Shown one piece after another: positions 1 through 7,088 of a stretch of DNA of 10,733 bases. The first letter of the stretch is position 1; each line of letters begins with the position of its first letter. This DNA is from Candidatus Nanohalobium sp. (GTDB lineage: Archaea; Nanohalarchaeota; Nanosalinia; Nanosalinales; Nanosalinaceae): assembly GCA_042217545.1 (NCBI GenBank), contig JBDGSM010000028.1:1-10733 (forward strand), written 5' to 3'. The notes under the pieces were generated by a model, which saw nothing but the letters and a program-made list of their open reading frames with translations, did not search any database and was not told where the DNA came from. The position numbers and the translations under genes were made by a program.

Positions 1-111
1 GGTATGTGGTTTGAAGGCCTGACTCCCGACCACGAGGTATACGCTTTTTCGGAGGGAGAGATTGATGAAGGTGTGCGTGAAATAGTTGAAAGTTATGCTG
101 AAGGCCTCTAG
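1..111 (+). CDS. 3' end of an acidic hypothetical protein (partial, runs off the window)
   Basis: Frame 1 is open from base 1: GMWFEGLTPDHEVYAFSEGEIDEGVREIVESYAEGL*. Composition is halophile-like, and its TAG overlaps the stop of the convergent ORF at CTAG 108-111. Confidence 0.65.
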   Translation, partial: GMWFEGLTPDHEVYAFSEGEIDEGVREIVESYAEGL

Positions 112-818
112 TTTTCAAATTCTTCTGCTTTCCTGATCTGTGCTGAGGCGTTCAGCAGAAGGAAGTCTAGGTTTTCTGCCTTTTCCAGCAGTTCACAGGA
201 TATTTCGGAGGTTTTTTCCTTCATGTCTTCTAGATTTCCGATCTTTTTCTTTGTCGCCTCGCTTTTCCCTTTAGTGTCCAGCTCTATGGTTTCAAGGTAT
301 CTTGAAGCAGACAAAAAGTGGTGTACGTGTTTTTCTCTGAGTTTGTGGAAGAGGTCGTTCTCTATCTCTTTTTCTATGCTGTTTAAGGCCTTTTCGTCAG
401 GGTATTTTCTGAAGCCGGTTTTCCACAGGTCTTTGACTTCGTATTCTTCACCATTCAGGAGTTTAACGGCGTTTTCCAGGCAGTTGATGGCTGTGCCGTA
501 GGCCTCGGTGAGGTGTGTGTTATCTTTTCTGCTGTGTTCTGCGTATTTTTCTTCCAGTTCTTCTACCTTTTCCTGAAGTTCCGATGTATCGGGGCTTTCC
601 ATGCTGTTTTTTGCTGTTTCCAGCTTTCTCTTTTTCCGGGTGTAGAAGTTGAGGGCGTTTAACTGCTCCTTTGTGTCTCCCGGGAAGTCGGCCTTAGCTA
701 GGGATAATTCGATGTCGTCTTCTGGTTCTCCTATCTCCTCTTCTATAGTTTCTCTACTTTTGTCTATCTGTTCCTGGCAAACTTCAATAAGATCTAATAT
801 TTTTTCTTCCGTTGTCAT
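108..818 (-). CDS. Family A helical/coiled-coil hypothetical protein (copy A7)
   Basis: 236 aa. Shares EEEIGE.E...AKADFPG.T and C-terminal ELL.KA..L..L with the other A copies. SD-like GAGGTGAG lies upstream of the ATG. Confidence 0.9.
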   Translation of the reverse strand: MTTEEKILDLIEVCQEQIDKSRETIEEEIGEPEDDIELSLAKADFPGDTKEQLNALNFYTRKKRKLETAKNSMESPDTSELQEKVEELEEKYAEHSRKDNTHLTEAYGTAINCLENAVKLLNGEEYEVKDLWKTGFRKYPDEKALNSIEKEIENDLFHKLREKHVHHFLSASRYLETIELDTKGKSEATKKKIGNLEDMKEKTSEISCELLEKAENLDFLLLNASAQIRKAEEFEN

Positions 819-857
819 GTTTTTCTCACCTCGTCTTTTATCCTGGTTTTGAGCAGT

Positions 858-1505
858 TTATCCAGTAATTTCTTTTCCTTCCTCATATCGGTTTTGGAAT
901 TCGTCTACTGCTCTTCCGAGGCCTTCCCATCTCAGAGTGTTTTCTCCTTCCAGTTCTTTTACGTCCTGGATGTAGGAGCTTACCTCTTCTAGGCCTTCTG
1001 TAAACTCGTATGCTCCTTCCAGCGAGAAGTAATCGTCTCCGGTCGTTCTCGGTAACTGAGGTTTCTCTTCTCCGGTGAACTTTTCTGGATCCTTGTCCGG
1101 GTTCCATATCTTTGGGTCGGAGTGGAAGAGGTAGTCTTCACCTGTTGAGTCTCTGTATCCTGTTATGTGTACCCCTAGAAGGCCTGAATCCAGGTCTGAG
1201 TTAGATATTTCGTCTCTTCCTATCTCTTTTTCTCCGGTGTCGAGTGTTTCTGTGATGTCTATGTTGTAGAAGAATCCGTCTTCATCTATATCTTCATCTC
1301 TTGATAGGAAGTTGTCTGCCTCATCTGCGTTAGGAGGGTTGGTGGTATTTATATCGACTTCATAGTTTAGTTGAGCTTCCTGACCGAACTCTTCTTCTGT
1401 ATCTACTTCACTTAATGTTTCTGTGTCTATCCCTCTCGTCAACGTCCTCAGGTTGTAGTTTTCCCACCTTGCAGGGAATACCGGGTCTTTGTAGTGGAAG
1501 CTCAC
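858..1505 (-). CDS. Family B acidic hypothetical protein (copy B4, intact)
   Basis: Motifs GFFY, GLLGVHITGYRD, DYLFHSDPKIW, RWEGL. I moved the start from TTG 1511 to GTG 1505: it gives MSF as in B1 and lies 28 nt after the TTTA box. Confidence 0.88.
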   Translation of the reverse strand: MSFHYKDPVFPARWENYNLRTLTRGIDTETLSEVDTEEEFGQEAQLNYEVDINTTNPPNADEADNFLSRDEDIDEDGFFYNIDITETLDTGEKEIGRDEISNSDLDSGLLGVHITGYRDSTGEDYLFHSDPKIWNPDKDPEKFTGEEKPQLPRTTGDDYFSLEGAYEFTEGLEEVSSYIQDVKELEGENTLRWEGLGRAVDEFQNRYEEGKEITG

Positions 1506-1514
1506 ATCCAAAAC

Positions 1515-1597
1515 TTACTCATCCAGACATAAATAGGTTGTCGTTACGAGAAGATAACAAAGAAAAAGTGATATGTGTTAGGCCTTTCTTCAGGCCT
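1515..1597 (-). promoter_or_regulatory. Duplicated promoter cassette of family B genes (copy 2): AGGCCT hairpin, T-rich tract, palindrome, TATA
   Basis: Near-identical to 6003-6082. TTTATG at 1533-1528, imperfect palindrome TCGTTA-N8-TAACAA at 1541-1560, hairpin TAGGCCT-ttcttc-AGGCCTA. Confidence 0.8.
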
Positions 1598-1668
1598 ATT
1601 TTTTCTTCGATTTTTCTCTCGATTTCCTCTTTTCTCTTTCTTACTTCTTCAAGCGTTTCCAGTTTCAT
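1519..1668 (-). pseudogene. Truncated family A 5' fragment (A6), broken at an AGGCCT site
   Basis: ATG overlaps the A5 stop (ATGA). Reads MKLETLEEVRKRKEEIERKIEEKIG, then runs into the promoter cassette and stops at 1519 (49 aa). Not in the ORF track. Confidence 0.8.
1599..1653. repeat. 55-bp direct repeat with 3422-3476
   Basis: 54/55 identical by hand alignment; encodes LEEVRKRKEEIERKIEEK in both A6 and A3. Confidence 0.9.
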
Positions 1669-2360
1669 AGTTTTTTCTTTTTTCCTCTTGTCTCTTTGAG
1701 TTGGACTGCTGCATTTGTTAATAAGTAGTCGAGGTCTTCTGCTCTTTTCCTTAATTCTTCTCTTAATCTTTTTTTATGATTTATCAGAGATTCTAAGCCT
1801 TTATTTTTGAGTTCTGTTTTCTGATTTGAATCTCCGAGAGTTTTTGAGGTCCTCAGGAGTAAATGCACGTTTTCTTCTCTGAATTCTTTTAGAAAGTCGT
1901 TTTTGAGGCCTAGTTGGTCTTCGATTTTCAGGTATGGGTCTGGGAATGTGATTGCTGCTGATCTTCCGAGGCGTTCTGCTCTGTATTCTTTTCCTTTTAG
2001 TAGTTTTTGTGCTTCTTCTAGGCTCTGGACTGTGGAGCTGTATCCGTACATTATCTGTTCTTTGCCTTTATTGTCTGTTTGCTGTCTTTCTTCCTTAATT
2101 TCCTTGATTTTTTCTTCTATTTTTGATGTCTCTATTTCTTGTAGAGCTTCTTTAACTGGCTCAAGAGATTTTTCTTCGGAATTAAGTGTCTTCAGGACCA
2201 TCATGTCCTTATCGGTGTTTCCCGGGTATCCTTGTTTGGTGGCCTCTCTTAGAATGTTTTCTTCTTTTGCTCCTAGTTCTTCCTGTATTTCTTCTTTGAT
2301 TTCTTCTTTCTTTTCTTCAATTACTTCCTCAAGGTCTTGAAGTTCTTCGAATAATTTCAT
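1665..2360 (-). CDS. Family A hypothetical protein (copy A5)
   Basis: 231 aa; EELGAKEE...KQGYPGNT and C-terminal EELRKRAEDLDYLL. Confidence 0.9.
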   Translation of the reverse strand: MKLFEELQDLEEVIEEKKEEIKEEIQEELGAKEENILREATKQGYPGNTDKDMMVLKTLNSEEKSLEPVKEALQEIETSKIEEKIKEIKEERQQTDNKGKEQIMYGYSSTVQSLEEAQKLLKGKEYRAERLGRSAAITFPDPYLKIEDQLGLKNDFLKEFREENVHLLLRTSKTLGDSNQKTELKNKGLESLINHKKRLREELRKRAEDLDYLLTNAAVQLKETRGKKKKL

Positions 2361-2382
2361 GGATTTTCAGTCCTCCAGTTCT
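2321..2382. repeat. 62-bp direct repeat with 3464-3525 spanning the A-A gene junction
   Basis: 56/62 identical; both copies read ...ELED* aaatcc (A/G)TG KLFEEL..LEEV. Confidence 0.9.
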
Positions 2383-3050
2383 CTGAGTTTTTTCGAGGTC
2401 TTATGCAGCATTGCGTTGATATCTTCTGCTCTCTGTTTTAGTTCGTCTCTTATTTCTTCTATTTCTCTATCTATTTTTTTCTTCTCCTCAAAGTCCTTCT
2501 CTCTGATTTTGGAGGTCTGTTCAAGATTTCCTTTTTTGTTCAGCAGTGATGATGAGTTCAGAAAGGCCTGAACGTATCTTCCTCGGATTTCTTTGAGTTC
2601 TTTCTTTTCCTCGTCGGCTATGATTTTGCCGGTTTCCGGGAATCTGTCTTTTGATTCCAGGTCTCCGAGTTTAGGGTCGTAGTCCTTTCCCTTCACAAGT
2701 TTAGCGGCGTTTTTCAGTAGTAGGCTAGCTCTGTTGGATTTTTTGGCGTCTTCGTCCCAGTTACCGGAGCTTCTTGGGTGCTCTTCGTCTAGCTTTGCCT
2801 TTCTGTCTTCGATCATCTCTGCATTGAGGTCCTGAAGTGTTTGCTGAACCGATTTAAGGATTTCAAGTCTTTCCTTATAGAATTCAAGTAACCTAGCGTG
2901 TCTCTGACCTTCTTCGGAGTTCTCCGGCTTGAGCGCCTCCATCTCTGGGTGTTCGAACTCTCCTATCTCTTCCTCAAGGTCCTTTCTGTTAGCTTCTACC
3001 TTCTCCTCGGTTTCCGATATAATTTTCTCGAGTTTTTCCCTGTATTTCAT
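2367..3050 (-). CDS. Family A hypothetical protein (copy A4)
   Basis: 227 aa; LEEEIGEFEHP and C-terminal DELKQRAEDINAML. Its ATG overlaps the stop of the B3 remnant. Confidence 0.9.
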   Translation of the reverse strand: MKYREKLEKIISETEEKVEANRKDLEEEIGEFEHPEMEALKPENSEEGQRHARLLEFYKERLEILKSVQQTLQDLNAEMIEDRKAKLDEEHPRSSGNWDEDAKKSNRASLLLKNAAKLVKGKDYDPKLGDLESKDRFPETGKIIADEEKKELKEIRGRYVQAFLNSSSLLNKKGNLEQTSKIREKDFEEKKKIDREIEEIRDELKQRAEDINAMLHKTSKKLRELED

Positions 3051-3244
3051 GTTTCCAGGTCTATAGGTCTGTCGTTTTCATAGCTTTTTCTGAAGGATTT
3101 TACCGCTCTCCCGAGACCTTCCCATCTCAGGCCTTCCGTCCCTCCTTCTCTGTCCGCTATATCTGTTAGATAGCTTTCTACCTGTTTAAGGCCTTCGGTG
3201 AACTCGTAGTTGTTTTCTACCGTGAACTCGTCTTCTCCCTCTGT
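3047..3244 (-). pseudogene. Start-less 3' remnant of a family B gene (B3)
   Basis: Translates TEGEDEFTVENNYEFTEGLKQVESYLTDIADREGGTEGLRWEGLGRAVKSFRKSYENDRPIDLET*, homologous to the B C-termini. Not in the ORF track. Confidence 0.85.
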
Positions 3245-3503
3245 ATTTTTCCAGAAGTTTTTCGTGTTCTTCTGTGTTTATTGATTCAGTTATTTTCTGG
3301 GCTTCTTCTATGTATCTTTCAGCACTTTGAAGCTTACTGTGGAGGCCTGCTTCCTCCTTGAGTTCCTCTGATAGCCCTGCGGAAGCTATCCTTCGAGTTA
3401 TAGGGCCTTCTTCTTTCCCTGTTTTTTCTTCGATTTTTCTCTCAATTTCCTCTTTTCTCTTTCTTACTTCTTCAAGGCCTTCAAGTTCTTCAAATAATTT
3501 CAC
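3186..3503 (-). pseudogene. 3'-truncated family A gene (A3) fused out of frame to the B3 remnant
   Basis: A-like up to ...EKLLEKYR (~3240). The tail GRRRVHGRKQLRVHRRP is B3 DNA read in the wrong frame. Confidence 0.8.
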
Positions 3504-3509
3504 GGATTT

Positions 3510-4154
3510 TCAGTCCTCAAGTTCTTCTATATTTTTCTGGGCGGCTCTTAGATAGTGTTCTGCATCTTGAGCTTTTTCCAGCAATTCTTTCCTTTCTTTT
3601 TCGATGGTTTCCGCAAGTTCATCGAGTTTTTCCTGGCTTTCTTCTGTTATGGCGTGTTTGTTTTCTGTTTTCAGAGTTTGTGATGCTGCAGAAAGCTTAT
3701 TTGCTGCCAGCAAAAGGTTTGAAACGGTTTTTTCGCGTTCAAGGCCTTCGAGTTCTCCTTCGAGGTCTGGTTCTGGGAACAGTCTCTTTTCCCGGTTTCC
3801 TTCTAGAGATTTTATCAGGAGGTTCAGGCTACGGTATATTTTGTCGCTTCTTTTGATCTCTTCGTCATTATAGCTGTCTGGGTCGCTGTATTTTCTTTTT
3901 TCCTCATGTTTATCTCTTAGTTTCCTGTAATACTGGATATCTACCTGATCGAGGTGTTTATCTGCTTTTTCCAGCGATGAGGTTACCGGACGGAGTTTGG
4001 ATAGAAGCGCTGATTCTTCCATGAATTCCTCGGTTCTTCCTTCTTTCGCCATCTTTGCGTCTACAGAGGCCTCTGGTTCTCCGAGTTCTTCCTTTACTTT
4101 TTTCTCTACATCTTCTTTCAGTTCTTCTGCCTGCTCCAGACTTTTAATCTCCAT
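3510..4154 (-). CDS. Family A hypothetical protein (copy A2)
   Basis: 214 aa; EELGEPEA and ERKELLEKAQDAEHYL. Overlaps the B2 end by 11 nt. Confidence 0.9.
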   Translation of the reverse strand: MEIKSLEQAEELKEDVEKKVKEELGEPEASVDAKMAKEGRTEEFMEESALLSKLRPVTSSLEKADKHLDQVDIQYYRKLRDKHEEKRKYSDPDSYNDEEIKRSDKIYRSLNLLIKSLEGNREKRLFPEPDLEGELEGLEREKTVSNLLLAANKLSAASQTLKTENKHAITEESQEKLDELAETIEKERKELLEKAQDAEHYLRAAQKNIEELED

Positions 4155-4740
4155 AACCTAATTCTTCTCTGGAAATTTTTACGTTTTCTCCTTTTTTGAT
4201 CGAGTCGTGGAATCCTGCTACTGCGTCTCTAAGGCCTCTCCATCTGTGACCTAGTCTTTCATCTCTATCTGCTATGTCTGTAAGGTAGTTTTCAATCTCG
4301 TTTAGGCCTTCGTCCAGGCTGTAGTTACCTTCAATTGAGAATGGCTCGTCGGTATACTGTAGTCCTGTTTCAACGTCGGGTAGTCCTTCGTCTGTTTCTT
4401 CGTAGTTCATTTCTCCTTCCTCTGTCCACATCTTGGGGTCAGAGTGGACAAGATAGTCGTCTCCATTTTCGTCTCTGTATCCTGTAAAGTGTACTGCTAG
4501 AAGGCCTTCGTCCACTTCTTTTCTGGCAGTTTTTCCTTCGTCGTTCACCATTTCTCTTATCTCTACGTTGTAGAGGAAGCCGTCTTCTGATTCCTCGAGT
4601 TCTGGACCTTCGCCTTCAAGTATGTTGTCTCCGTTTCCGTTCATTTTCGTCTCTATTTCGTAGTTTAGAAAGTCGAATTCTTCACCGAATTCATCCTCTA
4701 GACTGACATCTGCGTAGACCTCATCTGATTTCCTGTCTTG
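4144..4740 (-). pseudogene. 5'-truncated family B gene (B2); may still be expressed from internal ATG 4644
   Basis: B homology (SDEVYADVSLEDEFGEEFDFLNYEIET) continues upstream of ATG 4644 to ~4728. An in-frame TAG sits at 4741-4743. The first ~25 codons and the promoter are missing, but the core HFTGYRD/HSDPKMW is intact. Confidence 0.75.
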
Positions 4741-5338
4741 CTATGGTCAGGTAGGCCTCTATATCCTGTGCTTTTCTGAGCAGCTCTTCTCTTTCCTTAT
4801 CTATCTCTTCTGCGAGCTTCTCAAGTTTTGCATCTCCTTCTTCGTCGATATGCGGCATGTCTTTCTTTCTGAGTCTTCTTGAGGCCTCGTACATCTTTCT
4901 GGCTGCGTGAAGAAGTTTTGTGATTTCTTCATTGTCTTCGCTCTCTATTTCACTTTCTCTCAGTGTTAGAGGATGTTCTTTCGGTTCAGAGTTCAGCAGT
5001 TTCAGTGCGTTCTCAAGGGCTTTGTAGGCCTTATCGGCTTTTTCGTGTTCCTCTTCGTTTTCGTGGTAGGTTTCCTGGGATTTTTCGTCCATCTGGTCTC
5101 TGAGTTCCCTGATTTCGTCTGTATCTATCTTTTCCAGGATCTTCTCTGCTTTTTCCAGAGATCCCTCTGCCGTGGAGATTTTTGTGTGCATCTGCTCCAG
5201 CTTCCTTGTTTCTCCAGGAAAGTCGGCTTTCGCTGCCTCGAACTGTACTGGCTCTTCGAGTTCACCCACCTCTTCTTCTACACGTTTTTTTATCTCTTCT
5301 TTCAGTTCTCTGAGATGTTTCAGTGTTTCAAGCTCCAT
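4721..5338 (-). CDS. Family A hypothetical protein (copy A1)
   Basis: 205 aa; EEEVGELEEP..AKADFPGET and EREELLRKAQDIEAYL. Overlaps B1 by 11 nt. Confidence 0.9.
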   Translation of the reverse strand: MELETLKHLRELKEEIKKRVEEEVGELEEPVQFEAAKADFPGETRKLEQMHTKISTAEGSLEKAEKILEKIDTDEIRELRDQMDEKSQETYHENEEEHEKADKAYKALENALKLLNSEPKEHPLTLRESEIESEDNEEITKLLHAARKMYEASRRLRKKDMPHIDEEGDAKLEKLAEEIDKEREELLRKAQDIEAYLTIARQEIR

Positions 5339-5993
5339 ATCTCTGTTTTCCTCCGTTGATATTTACAGGTTTTCCTGTAGAGATGCCTTCTCTGAATGTG
5401 GAAAGTGCTTCTCTGAGGCCTCCCCATCGCGTACTCAGCGGTTCTTCTTCCTCTTCTGATATCTGCTTGAGGTATTCTTCTGCCTGTTTCAGGCCTTCAT
5501 CCATTCTGTAGTTCCTCTCGTCTGAGAACCATTCTTCTGTTTCTTTGAGGCCTGCTTCTATATCGGCGAACCCGTCTTTTTCCTCGTATTTTCTCTTTCC
5601 GTCTGATGTCCATTTCTTTGGGTCTGAGTGGACTATGTAGTCGTCTCCTTCTTCGTCTCGGTAGGCTGTGAAGTGTACCGTTAGCAATCCGTCGTCTACA
5701 AGGTGTCTTCCTTCTTTTCCTGAGCCTTTTTCGACCTGCTCCATGATTCTGAGGTCGTAGAAAAATCCGTCTTCACTCATTTCTAGGTCAGGTCCTTCTC
5801 CTTCCAGTAGCTTCTCATTCGTGTTGTTCTTCTTTGGAGTTACCTCTAGATCATAGTTCATCCAGTTATGTTCATCGCCAAATGTGTCTTGTATGTCTAT
5901 CTCTCTGTTGACTTCTGTGGAGAAGCCTAGACTGGTCGCTCCGCGGGCGTTCTGATACCAGCTGTCAGGATCCAGATGACTTGTAAAACTCAC
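5328..5993 (-). CDS. Family B acidic hypothetical protein (copy B1, intact)
   Basis: 221 aa; GFFY, GLLTVHFTAYRD, DYIVHSDPKKW, RWGGL. GTG start lies 28 nt after the TTTA box. Confidence 0.9.
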   Translation of the reverse strand: MSFTSHLDPDSWYQNARGATSLGFSTEVNREIDIQDTFGDEHNWMNYDLEVTPKKNNTNEKLLEGEGPDLEMSEDGFFYDLRIMEQVEKGSGKEGRHLVDDGLLTVHFTAYRDEEGDDYIVHSDPKKWTSDGKRKYEEKDGFADIEAGLKETEEWFSDERNYRMDEGLKQAEEYLKQISEEEEEPLSTRWGGLREALSTFREGISTGKPVNINGGKQRYGA

Positions 5994-6002
5994 ATAGGAA
6001 GG

Positions 6003-6082
6003 TTACTCATCCAGACATAAATAACTTGTTGTTACGAGAAGATAACAAAGAAAAGATGATGTGTGTGGGCCTTGAAAGGCCT
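6003..6082 (-). promoter_or_regulatory. Probable radA terminator plus family B promoter cassette (copy 1)
   Basis: After the radA stop come a GGCCTT/AAGGCC hairpin and a T-rich tract, then palindrome TTGTTA-N8-TAACAA (6029-6048) and TTTATG (6021-6016). Repeat of 1515-1597. Confidence 0.8.
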
Positions 6083-6089
6083 TGATTTT

Positions 6090-7040
6090 TTATCCGTCGA
6101 TTATTCCTGCGTCCTTGACTTTGAAGACTGCTTCTCCTTCAGGCATGTACGGTGAGTCGACGAGTCTTGCGATTCTCTTGTCTTTCTTGCTTTTTCTGAG
6201 GTAGACTCTGACTGCGGAGTTGTGTGCGACGATGTGGCCTCCGATCGCGCTTGTAGGGTCTCCGAACATCTGGTCTGGGTTGGACATGACCTGGTTGGTG
6301 ACCAGTACCGCAAGATTATGAGAGTTTGCAAGCCTCAGCAGAGTGTTCATGTGTTTGTTGAGCTTCTGTTGCCGCTTGGCTAGCTCTCCTCTTCCGACGT
6401 AGTCACTTCTGAACTGTGCTGTGAGCGAGTCGACTACGACGAGGCCTATGTCGTTGTTCTGGCAGATCTGCTGTGCTTCGTCCGCGAGAAGCATCTGGTG
6501 GTCCGAGTTGAACGCTCTTGCGACATGGATCCCTTCCAGTACTTCTTCTGGGTCCTGTCCGTTGGCTTCGGCCATGTCCTCGATTCTTTCGGGGATGAAA
6601 GTGTCCTCTGTGTCGAGATAGATCGCCTCGCGTCCGAGGCCTCCTTCCTCCTCAGATAGCTGAACGTTTGTCGCCAGCTGGTGGGAGATCTGTGTCTTTG
6701 CGCTTCCGTATTCTCCGTAGACTTCCGTTATGCACTGCGTTTCGACTCCGCCGCCGAGGATCTCGTCAAAGTTCTCACTGTTGGTGTGGATCCGTTTCAT
6801 GTCCTGTCTCTGATCGTAACGGTCCTTTGCGGATTCAAAGCCGATGTCCAGGTGCTTGCGAGCTTCTGTGATGATGCTCTGCGCCTTCTTGTCTCCAAGA
6901 TCGGCGACTTCTCCAAGTTCTCCAGAGCTCATGGTCGCTATGGACATCAGTTCCTCGTACCCTGCATCTCTAAGCTTCTCTGCAGTTTTTCCTCCTACTC
7001 CTTTGATATCCTCGAGATCAACGTCGTTGTTTTCTGCCAT
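6090..7040 (-). CDS. radA: DNA repair and recombination protein RadA
   Basis: N-terminal HhH (LEDIKGVG), FxxA polymerisation motif (GFESA), Walker A GEYGSAKT, Walker B VVVDSL, GRGELAKRQQKL, TNQV, GGHIVAH, RIARLVDSP. SD GGTGAT upstream. Confidence 0.98.
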   Translation of the reverse strand: MAENNDVDLEDIKGVGGKTAEKLRDAGYEELMSIATMSSGELGEVADLGDKKAQSIITEARKHLDIGFESAKDRYDQRQDMKRIHTNSENFDEILGGGVETQCITEVYGEYGSAKTQISHQLATNVQLSEEEGGLGREAIYLDTEDTFIPERIEDMAEANGQDPEEVLEGIHVARAFNSDHQMLLADEAQQICQNNDIGLVVVDSLTAQFRSDYVGRGELAKRQQKLNKHMNTLLRLANSHNLAVLVTNQVMSNPDQMFGDPTSAIGGHIVAHNSAVRVYLRKSKKDKRIARLVDSPYMPEGEAVFKVKDAGIIDG

Positions 7041-7088
7041 TCAAAGATCACCTTCCTGGTTTTCTGTTAAACAGTTCATAGTACTTTT

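Noticed and set aside
1502..1530. Apparent conserved uORFs MSG* and MSKFWM*/MSNLPM* upstream of both intact B genes
   Set aside because: They lie between or on the TATA box and the predicted start site, so they are probably not transcribed. Their conservation is explained by the promoter duplication.
108..5993. CRISPR array, transposon, integron or DGR as explanation for the array
   Set aside because: No regular repeat-spacer units, no transposase, integrase or reverse transcriptase, no terminal inverted repeats, and no long template/variable repeat pair in the window.
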